DNA from: Vicugna vicugna
Taxonomy: Eukaryota
Assembly: GCA_013265495.1 (NCBI GenBank)
Contig: MU061578.1
Coordinates: 1,807,308-1,871,307, forward strand
Direction: 5' to 3'
DNA: 64,000 nt
Shown here: one piece after another, positions 63,306 to 64,000 of the stretch
Layout: each line of letters opens with the position of its first letter
Numbering within the stretch: position 1 is the stretch's first letter
Program-made: the position numbers and the translations under genes
The notes under the pieces: generated by a model
What the model saw: the letters and a program-made list of their open reading frames with translations, nothing else
What the model was told of the DNA's origin: nothing
The model's database searches: none

Positions 63306-63859
63306 TTGTTAGTATGCAAAGCTCGCTGCTCTCCGTGGTGCTGAAGGCTTCCAGGTTGATAGGAATCTGCTGGACAGATTGCTTAAATGTCCCTTAAGAG
63401 AAGGGACACAGTATAAGGAATGGAGAAGGCCCTGGAGTCACAGACATATGTAAGATTCACTGTTCAGAAAAGGAGACAAAAATTATCTTGTTAAAATTTC
63501 CTTTGGATTTTTCACTGTGAGATTATACCACGGTCATCTGTCTCTGGGATGGACATACTGATCTATGCACTATCTGGGACTTTTCCCAAGAACTAGTGAA
63601 TACTTTGAATTTAGATGAAGATAGCTTCTCTCAAAATTAAAACTTAGAGGTTACACCTTTAATTCAGAACCTTTACTTCTTGGCACATGTAGATACTATT
63701 CTTTCTCTGCTCAGAAGCAGTTGATAACTTACCAAGCCATAGAGAATATGTCTTTGTTTAGGCTGATAATAAATGCTTACTCATTTCTGTCCCTATGTGC
63801 CTATTATGGCCCCATTTTCTTCTACCTTCTCTCCATTCAAGTCAGGCAGGAGGCAGGGC

Positions 63860-64000
63860 AGCTTGTCAAACTGCCTGGGCTCAAACTTGGACCAGTTCAC
63901 AGAGTGGCAGTGAGATCTTGGGCAAGTTACTTAATCACTGCAATCTGCATGCTCCTCAGGGGCTGTCTATGAGGATTCAGTGAGAGATATTTAGAAGTCA
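63860..64000 (+). mobile_element. MIR SINE (runs off the window)
   Basis: GTGAGATCTTGGGCAAGTTACTTAATC...CCTCAGGGGCTGTCTATGAGGATTCAGTGAGA. Confidence 0.7.

Noticed and set aside
1..64000. Prokaryote-type systems (CRISPR arrays, operons, IS elements) or an intact retroviral/L1 coding region
   Set aside because: Sequence is mammalian repeat-rich DNA; there is no regularly spaced repeat-spacer array, no ORF above 162 aa and no gag/pol/env or ORF2-like peptide in the ORF track

Overview
Mammalian non-coding genomic DNA (large intron or intergenic), most likely from a camelid. That inference rests on six copies of a tRNA-Ala(AGC)-derived SINE with a (TAAA)n-CCTAATT-CCCCC-A(n) tail (Vic-1 type) plus cetartiodactyl-type L1 3'UTRs. 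I cannot support any protein-coding gene: none of the six-frame ORFs resembles a protein I recognise, and many lie inside repeats. The clearest non-repeat feature is a full-length (164 nt) retroposed U1 snRNA copy on the minus strand (35930-36093). The rest is a layered transposon landscape: ancient L2/MIR, hAT DNA-transposon relics, an MLT1 LTR, ERV1/ERVL solo LTRs, young L1 fragments and SINEs, several with readable target-site duplications (TSDs). Repeat-free blocks in between carry enhancer/promoter-like motifs and a few isolated candidate exons, including a 27-nt microexon-like unit. I found no convincing novel biological system, so the findings are modest, testable candidates. Repeat family names come from recalled consensus sequences, not a database search, and boundaries of old repeats are approximate.
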